Source: Vulcanimicrobiota bacterium (GTDB taxonomy: Bacteria > Vulcanimicrobiota > Vulcanimicrobiia > Vulcanimicrobiales > Vulcanimicrobiaceae). Taken from it: 64,000 nt of DNA. Below are positions 1 through 8,819 of this stretch, piece after piece (position 1 is the stretch's first letter; each line of letters begins with the position of its first letter). The DNA is taken from assembly GCA_963733295.1 (NCBI GenBank), contig CAVTCS010000003.1, positions 384,001 to 448,000 on the forward strand, in the 5' to 3' direction. Under the pieces are notes generated by a model. That model did not search any database. It worked only from the letters and a program-made list of their open reading frames with translations, and was not told the origin of the DNA. The translations under genes were made by a program, and so were the position numbers.

Positions 1-1389
1 ATCCGCGGCGCGAGCACGATGACTCTGTGCGCCGAGCCGGCGGAATGCGACGACTACGCCGAGAGTTCGGCCGAACTCGCCGCCGAAGGAACGGTCGCCC
101 TGCGCGCCGCCGGAGCCTCGAGCGCGCAAACCGAGGCGTTCGCGGAAGACTGGCTGAAATCGGTGGTGTTGCACGAGTCGGGCCACAACTTCGGCCTGCG
201 CCACAACTTTGCGGCGGCAATCTATCCGCTGGCCGACCTGCACAGCAAGAACTTCACGAACCGTCACGGTCTCGTGAGTTCGGTCATGGACTATACGCCG
301 CTCAACTTGTCGGCGCCAGGGGAGCCGCAGGGCACGTACTTCCAGCTCGACCTCGGACCGTACGACTATTGGGCGATCCGCTATGGCTATCACAACTTCG
401 GCCCGGTGACGAAGCCTTCGGAAGAAGAAGCGGCGCTGCGAAAACTCGCCGAGGAAAGCGTCCGGCCCGAATACGTCTACGCGAGCGACGAAGACGTCTA
501 CGGTCAACGCGCGCTCGATCCGCACGACGCACCCTTCCTGCTCTCGAGCGATCCGTTTGCGTTCTATACGAACCAGTATGCGGTCACCAGCCACCTGATC
601 GGCACCTTGGACAGCGTCTACCCACGGAACGATAGCCCCTATTCCGAAGAGCGCGCCACCTTCGTAACCCTCCTGCGCAACTATCTGCGCACCTCGCTAC
701 TGGCGGTGCGCTACATCGGCGGAATCTACACCTCGCGCGATCACCGCGGCCAACCGGGTGGACTACCGCCGTTCCGCCCGATCGCACGGAGCGACGAGCG
801 GCGCGCTTTCGATATGCTGTCGCAGCACGTCTTCTCGAGCCGCGCCTTTCATTTCTCGCCGCAGTTGATGGCCGACCTCGGGACGAGCAACTACCTTCAC
901 CGCGGCGCCGAGGACGTTTACGATCGTCCGGATTTTCCGCTCGAGGATACGGTCGCAGCCATTCAGGACTCCGTGATGGATGAGATGTTCTCGCCCGACG
1001 TCATGAGCCGGCTTGCCGACGAACAGCTAAAAGTCGCGCATCCCAGTGACACGATGTCGCTGGAAGACCTCTTCAACTGGACGCAAGCGGCTGTCTGGGA
1101 CGACCTGGGACCGCACACGGTCTCCATCGATCCGCTCCATCGCGCGCTGCAACGCCGCTACACGAACCTCATGATCGCCTTCAACCTCGCGCCGAGCTTC
1201 GTCGTCAGCGTCCTGGGCTACCCGAGCGATTCGGTTCCGCTCGCCCGCTACGAGCTCGTCCAGCTCCAAGGCCGTCTGAACCAGAGCCTCGCCTCGAACT
1301 CTCTCGACGTCGCGACCCGCGCGCATCTCGACGATCTGCGCACGCGCGTCCGCCACGCCCTCGACCCGAACGCGATGCGCAGCAGCTAA
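1..1389 (+). CDS. Zinc-dependent metalloprotease (metzincin, DUF4953/EcxA-like), 5'-truncated by window edge
   Basis: HESGHNFGLRHNF (HExxHxxGxxH) and SSVMDY Met-turn; frame open from base 1. Confidence 0.85.
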   Translation: MRGASTMTLCAEPAECDDYAESSAELAAEGTVALRAAGASSAQTEAFAEDWLKSVVLHESGHNFGLRHNFAAAIYPLADLHSKNFTNRHGLVSSVMDYTPLNLSAPGEPQGTYFQLDLGPYDYWAIRYGYHNFGPVTKPSEEEAALRKLAEESVRPEYVYASDEDVYGQRALDPHDAPFLLSSDPFAFYTNQYAVTSHLIGTLDSVYPRNDSPYSEERATFVTLLRNYLRTSLLAVRYIGGIYTSRDHRGQPGGLPPFRPIARSDERRAFDMLSQHVFSSRAFHFSPQLMADLGTSNYLHRGAEDVYDRPDFPLEDTVAAIQDSVMDEMFSPDVMSRLADEQLKVAHPSDTMSLEDLFNWTQAAVWDDLGPHTVSIDPLHRALQRRYTNLMIAFNLAPSFVVSVLGYPSDSVPLARYELVQLQGRLNQSLASNSLDVATRAHLDDLRTRVRHALDPNAMRSS

Positions 1390-1520
1390 CTGGGATTTCA
1401 GGCGCCGCGGGGTAAGCGGGCCTACGGACCCGGTGGGCGAGGACTGGTAAGCTCGCCGGTATGATCGATGTGAGCAGCCTCTTGCCGGTCTTTGGCGAAC
1501 TGCACGAACGGAGGAGTGCG

Positions 1521-2222
1521 ATGTCGCGTGACGGCGAGGGGGAGCCGATCGAGAACAAGGTCTGGTACCTTCGACAGAACCGGCTGTTCGATCGGGTGAC
1601 CGACGAGTCGATTGAGAATTGCGAACACATTTTCAAGACGACGCTCTTTCCGAAGCGTTCGATGGTTTTCGATCAGGGGGACCCGACGCGTCTCGTTTAC
1701 CTGATCAAGCGCGGCAACGTGCGAATCGTGCGCTTGACTCCGGACGGCAAGGAAGTCAGCGTCGCGGTGCTGGGAGCGGGCGATATCTTCGGGGAAGAGA
1801 CTCTCTTCGAGCAAGCGACGCGAACGACGGTGGCGGTGTGCGTCGACGAGACCTTGCTCTGCACGGCGAAGGCCGACGATCTCTTTGCGTTGCTTTCGCG
1901 GGACCCGCAGTTGGCGCTGAACGTCGCGAAAATTCTGAGCGAGCGGCTCGGCGAGGCGACCTCGACGATGGAGGATCTGGCGTATGCGCGGGTCCCCGAA
2001 CGAATCATGAATCTGTTCGAGCGTTTGGCGGCGGAGCACGGGAAAGAGACGCCTTCCGGGATTGCGCTCGGCGTGCGCTTGACGCATGCGGATATCGCCT
2101 CGCTCGTGGGAAGCACGCGGGAGACCGTTTCGCTCGAACTGTCGAATTTGGTGAAAGCGGGACGCATTCGGATGGAAGGACGTACGATCGAGTTGCCGCG
2201 CGGCGAGAAGGCGGGAGCGTGA
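1521..2222 (+). CDS. Crp/Fnr family transcriptional regulator
   Basis: cNMP-binding barrel (GDIFGEE..RTT) and C-terminal HTH LTHADIASLVGSTRETVS; ATG 1521 preceded by GGAGGAG (ORF track starts at 1461). Confidence 0.92.
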   Translation: MSRDGEGEPIENKVWYLRQNRLFDRVTDESIENCEHIFKTTLFPKRSMVFDQGDPTRLVYLIKRGNVRIVRLTPDGKEVSVAVLGAGDIFGEETLFEQATRTTVAVCVDETLLCTAKADDLFALLSRDPQLALNVAKILSERLGEATSTMEDLAYARVPERIMNLFERLAAEHGKETPSGIALGVRLTHADIASLVGSTRETVSLELSNLVKAGRIRMEGRTIELPRGEKAGA

Positions 2223-2719
2223 TGCGCGCGCTCGTGTTCGGCTTGGCGGCGCTGCTGGCGGCCGGAACCGGCGCGGTGCGGGCCGCGCAGCCGCTGACGC
2301 TGGCGCCGCTGTTTGCAGCGAGCGGCGGGTGGCTCAACGGCGCGGCCACGGCGCAAAGCGTCGCGGGCAAGGTCGTCGTCGTCGACGTGTTCACCGTCGA
2401 ATGCATCAACTGTCAGAACGTGACGCCGAACTTGCGCAAGCTCAGCAGCGAGCCCGGCGTTCGAGTGATCGGCATTCATTCGCCGGAGACACCTTACGAG
2501 AAAGACCGGGGCACGGTCGTTTCCAACTTGAAGCGGCTCGGCGTCGTGTGGCCGGTCGCCATCGACAACGACATGGCGCTTTGGAAAGCGTACGGCATCG
2601 AGTACTGGCCCACCCAGCTGATCTTCGATCGGCATGGCCGCCTTCGCAAAACGGTGGTCGGCGACTCGCAGGACGAAGAGGTCGACGCGACCGTCAAAGC
2701 CTTGGTCGTGGAGAAGTAG
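2222..2719 (+). CDS. Exported redoxin (TlpA/DipZ-like thioredoxin fold)
   Basis: Signal peptide, WLNG, CINC active site, IGIHSPE, YWPT cis-Pro; ATG overlaps Crp stop (TGATG). Confidence 0.88.
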   Translation: MRALVFGLAALLAAGTGAVRAAQPLTLAPLFAASGGWLNGAATAQSVAGKVVVVDVFTVECINCQNVTPNLRKLSSEPGVRVIGIHSPETPYEKDRGTVVSNLKRLGVVWPVAIDNDMALWKAYGIEYWPTQLIFDRHGRLRKTVVGDSQDEEVDATVKALVVEK

Positions 2720-2723
2720 CTTC

Positions 2724-3929
2724 GTACACAACGCGAGAGTCCTGACCGCGGAGGCGGGTTTGAGCGCGCGCGAGCGCCTCGCCGAGGTTGTTCCCGCAAG
2801 CGCGCTGCCTGCGGCACAAGAGGTCGCCGAGAGCTCGATCCTCGCGCTCGACGGGCCTTCGGCCGCGGCTTTGGCGTTGGCCGCGCCGCTGCGCGCGGCG
2901 GGTGCATTCGTGCACTGCGATGCCGAGCGGCTCGTGGTCGTGGCACGGCGGGGCGCGCTCGAATCGTGCCGCGCCGCTTGCGGGCAGGATGAGGCCGCTA
3001 CCCTCGACGAGCTGCTGCGCGCCTTCGATGCCGGGCGGTCGCGGCCGGCGCGGCTGCGCATGCGCAACCGCATGCTCGATTTGGGCGCAGGGGTGAAGGT
3101 CATGGGCATCCTCAACGTAACGCCCGACTCTTTTTACGACCGCGGCCGCTATGCCGGCGTCGACGCCGCGCGGGCCCGCGCCGCCGAGATGGTCGAGCTC
3201 GGAGCCGCAATCATCGACGTCGGAGGTCAGTCGTACGCCGAGTGGAATCCGCGGATCGCGGCGCGTGAAGAACGCGAACGCGTCGTGCCCGTCGTCGAGG
3301 CGCTCGTGCGCGACGGCCTCGACGTCGCGCTCTCGATCGACACGTTCAAAGCGGAAGTCGCGGATGCTGCGCTCGCCGCGGGTGCCGATGCGATCAACGA
3401 TTGCAGCGGACTCTCCGATGCATCGCTGCCCGGCGTGGTCGCGGGTCACGATGCGGCGCTCGTCGTGATGCACCTGCTGGGCGAACTGAACGTGCGCGCG
3501 CAGTCGTACGAGTACCGCGACGCGCTCGGGGAGATCTGCGCGTTCTTGCGCGAGCGAACCGAACGTGCGCTTGCCGCCGGCGTCGCGCGGGACTCGATCG
3601 CCGTCGATCCGGGTCTCGAGTTCGGCAAAGAGCCGAAGACCGATCTCGAAATCCTCGAGCGCTTCGGGGACCTGCGCTCGCTCGGCTATCCGATTTTGTT
3701 TGCGGCGAGCCGCAAGAGCTTCATCGGCCGCGTCTTCGACCGGCCCGCAAGCGAATTGTTGATCCCCTCGCTCGCGACCGCTGCGATCGGCATCCAAGCC
3801 GGAGCGGCGCTCGTGCGCGTCCACGACGTCGCGGAAACGGTGCAGCTGGTACGCATGCTGAGCGCCGTCCGCAGCGGGGTCCGCCGCAGCCTCGCCATCG
3901 CCGGCAAGATGCCGGAGACCCCTGCGTAG
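2724..3929 (+). CDS. folP: Dihydropteroate synthase with ~110 aa N-terminal extension (start uncertain: GTA 2724 or TTG 2760)
   Basis: MGILNVTPDSFYD, SIDTFK, INDCSG, DPGLEFGK, SRKSFIG, RVHDV motifs. Confidence 0.88.
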   Translation, partial: VHNARVLTAEAGLSARERLAEVVPASALPAAQEVAESSILALDGPSAAALALAAPLRAAGAFVHCDAERLVVVARRGALESCRAACGQDEAATLDELLRAFDAGRSRPARLRMRNRMLDLGAGVKVMGILNVTPDSFYDRGRYAGVDAARARAAEMVELGAAIIDVGGQSYAEWNPRIAAREERERVVPVVEALVRDGLDVALSIDTFKAEVADAALAAGADAINDCSGLSDASLPGVVAGHDAALVVMHLLGELNVRAQSYEYRDALGEICAFLRERTERALAAGVARDSIAVDPGLEFGKEPKTDLEILERFGDLRSLGYPILFAASRKSFIGRVFDRPASELLIPSLATAAIGIQAGAALVRVHDVAETVQLVRMLSAVRSGVRRSLAIAGKMPETPA

Positions 3930-3941
3930 AACCCAGCGCCC

Positions 3942-6083
3942 ATGAGCTTTTTACGCATCGTTCGTGCCGGACTGCCACCCGTCTTGGTCGCCTCGCTGGC
4001 CCTGGGGGCGCTCGCCGCCCGCCTGACGTACCCCGCGACCCGGACCGACACCGTGACCGACACCTATTTCGGAACGCAGGTCGCCGACCCGTACCGCTGG
4101 CTCGAAGCCGACGACTCTCCGGCGGTGAAGTCCTGGGCAGCGGCCCAGACGGCGCTCGCCAAGAGCTACTTGCAGAGCCAGCCGTCGTACGCGTTTTACT
4201 CGAAGCGCGTAGCGGAGCTCAGTAAGACCTCGACCGCGCGCTTCTTTCTGACGGCACGCGGCGGCCGCTTCATCTACTTGCGGCAGACGCCGCCGGAACC
4301 GCAGCCGCAGCTGATCGCGCGGGACGGAATAAAGGGCGGGGAGCGGGTGCTCTTCGACCCCAAGACGGCGGCGATCGGCGGAGTTCAACCCGCCATCGAG
4401 TCGATCTTCGTTTCGAACAACGGCTCGAAGGTCGCGTTTACGACACAAGAGGGCGGTTCCGAAAACGAGACGTTGCACGTCGTCGATGCTGACCCCGGAG
4501 CGGGCACCGTGCTTACCGACACGATCGCACACGTCGGCGGAGGAACCACTCCAACCGCGCTCGTGTGGGACGGTGACGCGAAAGGTTTCCTGCACACCCA
4601 ATTTCAGCGTCAAGCGGACGGCTCGTATACAACCGAGCAAATCCTGATCTTTCATCACGTCATCGGCACCGACCCGGCTACCGACAGCTACGTTTTCGGA
4701 AAAGACCAGTCGACGCGCGCCGAATACGTCTTGCAGGGTTCGCTCGACGGAAAGGTCCAAGCGCTTGCTGTGACCGCCGGCGACGGCGTACACGCCTCGA
4801 TCTACATGCGCCGGGACGGTTCGCCAACGTTCACGCTCGTGGCCGAGCCGAGCGCCGACATCGGGGACAGTGCGGACGCCGACGCGGCGTTCGTGGGCGA
4901 TACGTTGTACGCGATCTCGAAAAAGAGAGACTCGCGCGGTGAGATCGTGGCGCTCAACGTCGATCAGCCCTTCGCTAGCGCGAAAGTCGTCGTGCCCGCG
5001 AGTTCGCTCGTTATCCAAGATCTCAGCGAGGTTCGCGGCGGCTTCATCACGCGCGACGTGGACGGCGGCGACAGCGCGGCGCGATATTTTGCGGTCGACG
5101 GCCGGTTGATCCATCAGCTTCCGTTTCCCGCGACGTCGGTTCTGACCGCGCTCGCGGGCGACCCAGCCGGAGGCGACGTGATCGTCGGCTACCAGAATTA
5201 CACGACGCCGAACCGCTGGCTGCGTTACGACATCGTCTCCAACACTCTGGCGCCGACCGGAATCGAGGAGACGGCGCCGGGCGACTACTCGAAGGTGGTG
5301 GTGCGGCGAGTCCTTGTGCCGTCGCTGGACGGCAAGGTCAAGATTCCGCTCGAGATCGTCAACCTTCCAGGGATCAAGGCGGGAACGGCGCCGACGATGC
5401 TGACTGCGTACGGCGCTTACGGCGTCATCTCGACCCCGTTCTTCATTGGGCCGGGCCTTGCAACGCTCGAACGCGGCGGCGTCTTCGCGCAGGCGTTCAT
5501 TCGCGGCGGTGGAGAATACGGCGAAGCTTGGCACGACGCTGCCGTGCATCAAACCAAGACGGTTTCGAGCGACGACCTCGCCGCGTGCGCCATGTGGTTG
5601 GGCAAGAACGGCTACGGCGATGCGGGACATATGGGCATCATCGGGGGCAGCGCCGGCGGGTTCTTGATGGGCTTAGCACTCACCCGGAACCCGGGTCTCT
5701 ATCGCGCGGTCGTCAGCGAGGTGGGCATCTACGATCTCTTGCGCGTCGAGTTGACGCCGAACGGCGCTTACAACATCCCCGAATTCGGTACGGTCAAGGA
5801 TCCCGCTCAGTTTGCCTGGATGCTCCAGGAATCGCCGTACCACAACGTCCATAAGGGAACCGCCTATCCCGCCGTTCTCCTCGTTACCGGCGAGAACGAT
5901 CCGCGCGTCGCTCCCTACATGTCGCGCAAGATGATCGCCCGTTTGCAGGCCAGCTCGTCAGCGGACTATCCTTTGCTCCTGATCCAAAAATCCGGACAGG
6001 GACACGGCATCGGTAACTCGTTTGAGCAGCGAGTCGAGGACCAAACGGACAACTTCACGTTCTTCGAAAGCCAACTCAAATAG
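3942..6083 (+). CDS. Secreted prolyl oligopeptidase (S9A)
   Basis: Signal peptide, VADPYRWLE, RGGGEYGEAWH, GGSAGG nucleophile, DPRV, GHG. Confidence 0.93.
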   Translation: MSFLRIVRAGLPPVLVASLALGALAARLTYPATRTDTVTDTYFGTQVADPYRWLEADDSPAVKSWAAAQTALAKSYLQSQPSYAFYSKRVAELSKTSTARFFLTARGGRFIYLRQTPPEPQPQLIARDGIKGGERVLFDPKTAAIGGVQPAIESIFVSNNGSKVAFTTQEGGSENETLHVVDADPGAGTVLTDTIAHVGGGTTPTALVWDGDAKGFLHTQFQRQADGSYTTEQILIFHHVIGTDPATDSYVFGKDQSTRAEYVLQGSLDGKVQALAVTAGDGVHASIYMRRDGSPTFTLVAEPSADIGDSADADAAFVGDTLYAISKKRDSRGEIVALNVDQPFASAKVVVPASSLVIQDLSEVRGGFITRDVDGGDSAARYFAVDGRLIHQLPFPATSVLTALAGDPAGGDVIVGYQNYTTPNRWLRYDIVSNTLAPTGIEETAPGDYSKVVVRRVLVPSLDGKVKIPLEIVNLPGIKAGTAPTMLTAYGAYGVISTPFFIGPGLATLERGGVFAQAFIRGGGEYGEAWHDAAVHQTKTVSSDDLAACAMWLGKNGYGDAGHMGIIGGSAGGFLMGLALTRNPGLYRAVVSEVGIYDLLRVELTPNGAYNIPEFGTVKDPAQFAWMLQESPYHNVHKGTAYPAVLLVTGENDPRVAPYMSRKMIARLQASSSADYPLLLIQKSGQGHGIGNSFEQRVEDQTDNFTFFESQLK

Positions 6084-6084
6084 C

Positions 6085-7566
6085 GTGCACTCGGTCTACC
6101 TCGGTCTCGGGTCGAATCTCGGGGAACGTCAAGGTAACATCCTGCAGGCGCTTCAGAAACTGCGCGCCGGCTGCCGGATCGAAGCGGTTTCGTCGTATTA
6201 CGAGACCCAACCGCAATCCGGCGTGGCGGGTCCCGCTTTCCTCAACGTCGCCGCGAAAGTTGCGACGGAGCTCGAGCCGGCGGCGTTCGAGAATTTCGCG
6301 CGGGGCGTGGAGGTGGCGGTCGGGCGTCAACGCGCCGGCCACCTCGCGGCGCGTGCGATCGACATCGACGTGCTGCTCGTCGACGATCTCGAGGAAGACT
6401 TCGGCCGCTTCGAAGTGCCCCATCCGTACCTGGGGCAGAGGCCCTTCAACCTCATCCCGCTCGCGGAGATCGCTCCCGACGTGATCGTTCCCGGTACGGG
6501 GAAAACGGTCGCCGAGCTGGCTCGTGGTCTCGATCGTACGGGCGTTGCGAAGAAGGAGCGCTCGCTGCACTTCTTCGCGAACCGGCAGGAAGAAGAACCC
6601 GAGGTCAAGCTTTCGATCGATCGCGCCGGAGTCTCGAAGATCAAGCGCATCGTGCGGCTCGACATCGGCGGTCGCGAAACGGTCTTCAACGGTGAGTTCA
6701 CGATGGTCGCGGACCTCGCGCCCCACCGGGCCGGCCTGCACATGTCGCGCTTTTCCGAGTTGCTCGAGGAGGCGACCCTCGAAGTTTTGGGGCGCAGCCA
6801 GAAGCCCGGCCGCATCGAAGACATCGTCTCGCAGATCGCGCGGGAGGTCGTGGGTTCGCAGCAGGCGCTCCGCGCCGACGTGCGGCTGCGGGCGGATTTC
6901 GGACTCGAGCGCTGGACGCCGGTCAGCGGAATGCGCGGTGAGGAAACCTACGCGCTGCTCGGCATTGCGCACGCCGATCGCGACGGCGTCCGTCGAGTCG
7001 TCGGCGTCGAAGCGGAAGGCATGACCGCGTGCCCTTGCGCGCAGCTGATGGTTCGCGAGCATTCGCTGCGCGAACTCGCCGAGGCCGGCTTTAGCGAGAG
7101 CGATGCGAACCGCGCTCTCGACGCGCTGCCCGTCGCCACGCACAACCAACGGGGACGCGGCGCGATATTGATCGGAGCGCCGGATGCCGCGGGGCTTGAG
7201 ATCCGGGCCGAAGATCTCGTCGAAATCGTCGAGAACTCGATGTCGAGCGAGACCTACGATTTGCTCAAGCGGCCGGACGAGTTCTTCATCGTCAACAAGG
7301 CCCATCACAATCCGAAGTTCGTCGAAGACGTCGTCCGCGGAATCCTGGCCCGCGCCCTCGATGTCTACGCCGACTTTCCGGACTCGACGTTCGTTTCGGC
7401 GTCGCAAGTCAACTACGAATCGATCCACAAGCACGATGCGTTCGCCGAAGCATTCGGGACCTTCGGCGAGCTGCGAGCCGAGTTGCGCAGCGGTGCGTAC
7501 GACGGCCGCAAGACCGACCTCGCGACGTGGCTTGGCACGCGTCCGTCGCCGGTCGTCGCCGGATGA
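6085..7566 (+). CDS. folK-folE2: Fusion of FolK (HPPK) and GTP cyclohydrolase of FolE2/MptA family
   Basis: N-term LGLGSNLG, FLN, RAIDIDVL, VPHP, PLAEIAP; C-term HMSRF, GMTACPCAQ, THNQRG, LLKRPDE, NPKFVEDVVR, ESIHKHDA; GTG at 6085. Confidence 0.9.
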   Translation: MHSVYLGLGSNLGERQGNILQALQKLRAGCRIEAVSSYYETQPQSGVAGPAFLNVAAKVATELEPAAFENFARGVEVAVGRQRAGHLAARAIDIDVLLVDDLEEDFGRFEVPHPYLGQRPFNLIPLAEIAPDVIVPGTGKTVAELARGLDRTGVAKKERSLHFFANRQEEEPEVKLSIDRAGVSKIKRIVRLDIGGRETVFNGEFTMVADLAPHRAGLHMSRFSELLEEATLEVLGRSQKPGRIEDIVSQIAREVVGSQQALRADVRLRADFGLERWTPVSGMRGEETYALLGIAHADRDGVRRVVGVEAEGMTACPCAQLMVREHSLRELAEAGFSESDANRALDALPVATHNQRGRGAILIGAPDAAGLEIRAEDLVEIVENSMSSETYDLLKRPDEFFIVNKAHHNPKFVEDVVRGILARALDVYADFPDSTFVSASQVNYESIHKHDAFAEAFGTFGELRAELRSGAYDGRKTDLATWLGTRPSPVVAG

Positions 7567-7577
7567 ACGAGCGCTAA

Positions 7578-8819
7578 CTGCCGGACTTCGAGATTTGGGC
7601 GTCGCCGGAGCCGACGTTCGCGCGAATCGATGCGACGACCGTCCGTGACGTGCTCTCCGAAACCGGGCACGAGCGTCGCCATTCCGACATCGCACTGCTG
7701 GGCATGCTCGGCGTCGCGGCTACGCGCTATCCCGTGCTCTGGGAAAAGACCGCACCCGGCGATCCGGCAAAACCCGATGTCGCCTGGGCTCGCGCCCGCC
7801 TCGACGCGCTCGAGCAGCGCAATCTCGAACCGATCGTCACGCTCCTGCATCACGGCAGCGGTCCGGCGCACACCAGCCTGACGGATCCCGAGTTTCCGGA
7901 GAAGTTCGCGGCGTATGCGGGCGCGATCGCGGCGGCCTTCCCCTGGATCCTGCGCTGGACGCCGATCAACGAGCCGCTGACGACGGCGCGCTTCTCGACG
8001 CTCTACGGCCTGTGGTATCCGAACAGCCGTGACGATTCGGCTTTCGGGCACGCGATCGCGCACGAAGCGCTCGGCATGCTGCTCGCGATGGAAGCGATTC
8101 GGCGCAGCGTTCCCGACGCTCACTTCGTGCTGACCGAAGATCTGCAGAGCTTTACCGCACTTGACGCCGGCCGGGACGCGGACGCCCGCCATCAGTCGGA
8201 GCGCATGTACCTCTCGATCGAGCTCGTGATGGGTCGCGTCGTTCCCGGGCACGCGCTGTACCGCTATCTCAACGAGACCTGCAACGTCGCGAGCGCTCTG
8301 CTGAACCGGATCGCCGAACGCGCCTGTGCGCCCGAACTCATCGGTTGGAATTACTATCCGAACTCGGAACGCGTTCTGGCTGACGGCCCGGAAGGCGCGG
8401 AGCTCGACCTGCCGCGCGTCGTGCACGCGCCCGGCAGCATTTCACCGCGCCCCTTGCTCGCCGCGGCGCACGAGCGTCTCGGCTTGCCGTTCGGGATCGG
8501 CGAAGTGCACGTCAACGCCGGCGAGAACGCCCGCGTGCGCTGGCTCGTGCAGCGCTACGACGACCTGAGCGCGCTCGAAGAAGAGGGCTTTCCGGTCCGG
8601 ATGCTCGGCGCTTGGGCCGCCTTCGGCTCGATCGATTGGGATTCGCTGCTCACCCGGCGCGAAGACTATCGCGAGGACGGAATCTTCGCGTTCGCGCCCG
8701 CGGGCGAGCGGCCTCGCCCCACTGCGGTTGCCGACGCCGTGCGCGCGATGGCGCGCGGCGAACGTCCCGATCTTCCCGAAGAACCGGGCTGGTGGGAAAC
8801 GACCGGCGCCCCGCGTTGA
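7578..8819 (+). CDS. Glycoside hydrolase family 1-like (clan GH-A) protein
   Basis: RYPVLWE, TLLHHGSGP, TPINEP acid/base, GEVH nucleophile region; family-like N-terminus extends upstream of GTG 7650 to CTG 7578. Confidence 0.8.
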   Translation: MPDFEIWASPEPTFARIDATTVRDVLSETGHERRHSDIALLGMLGVAATRYPVLWEKTAPGDPAKPDVAWARARLDALEQRNLEPIVTLLHHGSGPAHTSLTDPEFPEKFAAYAGAIAAAFPWILRWTPINEPLTTARFSTLYGLWYPNSRDDSAFGHAIAHEALGMLLAMEAIRRSVPDAHFVLTEDLQSFTALDAGRDADARHQSERMYLSIELVMGRVVPGHALYRYLNETCNVASALLNRIAERACAPELIGWNYYPNSERVLADGPEGAELDLPRVVHAPGSISPRPLLAAAHERLGLPFGIGEVHVNAGENARVRWLVQRYDDLSALEEEGFPVRMLGAWAAFGSIDWDSLLTRREDYREDGIFAFAPAGERPRPTAVADAVRAMARGERPDLPEEPGWWETTGAPR

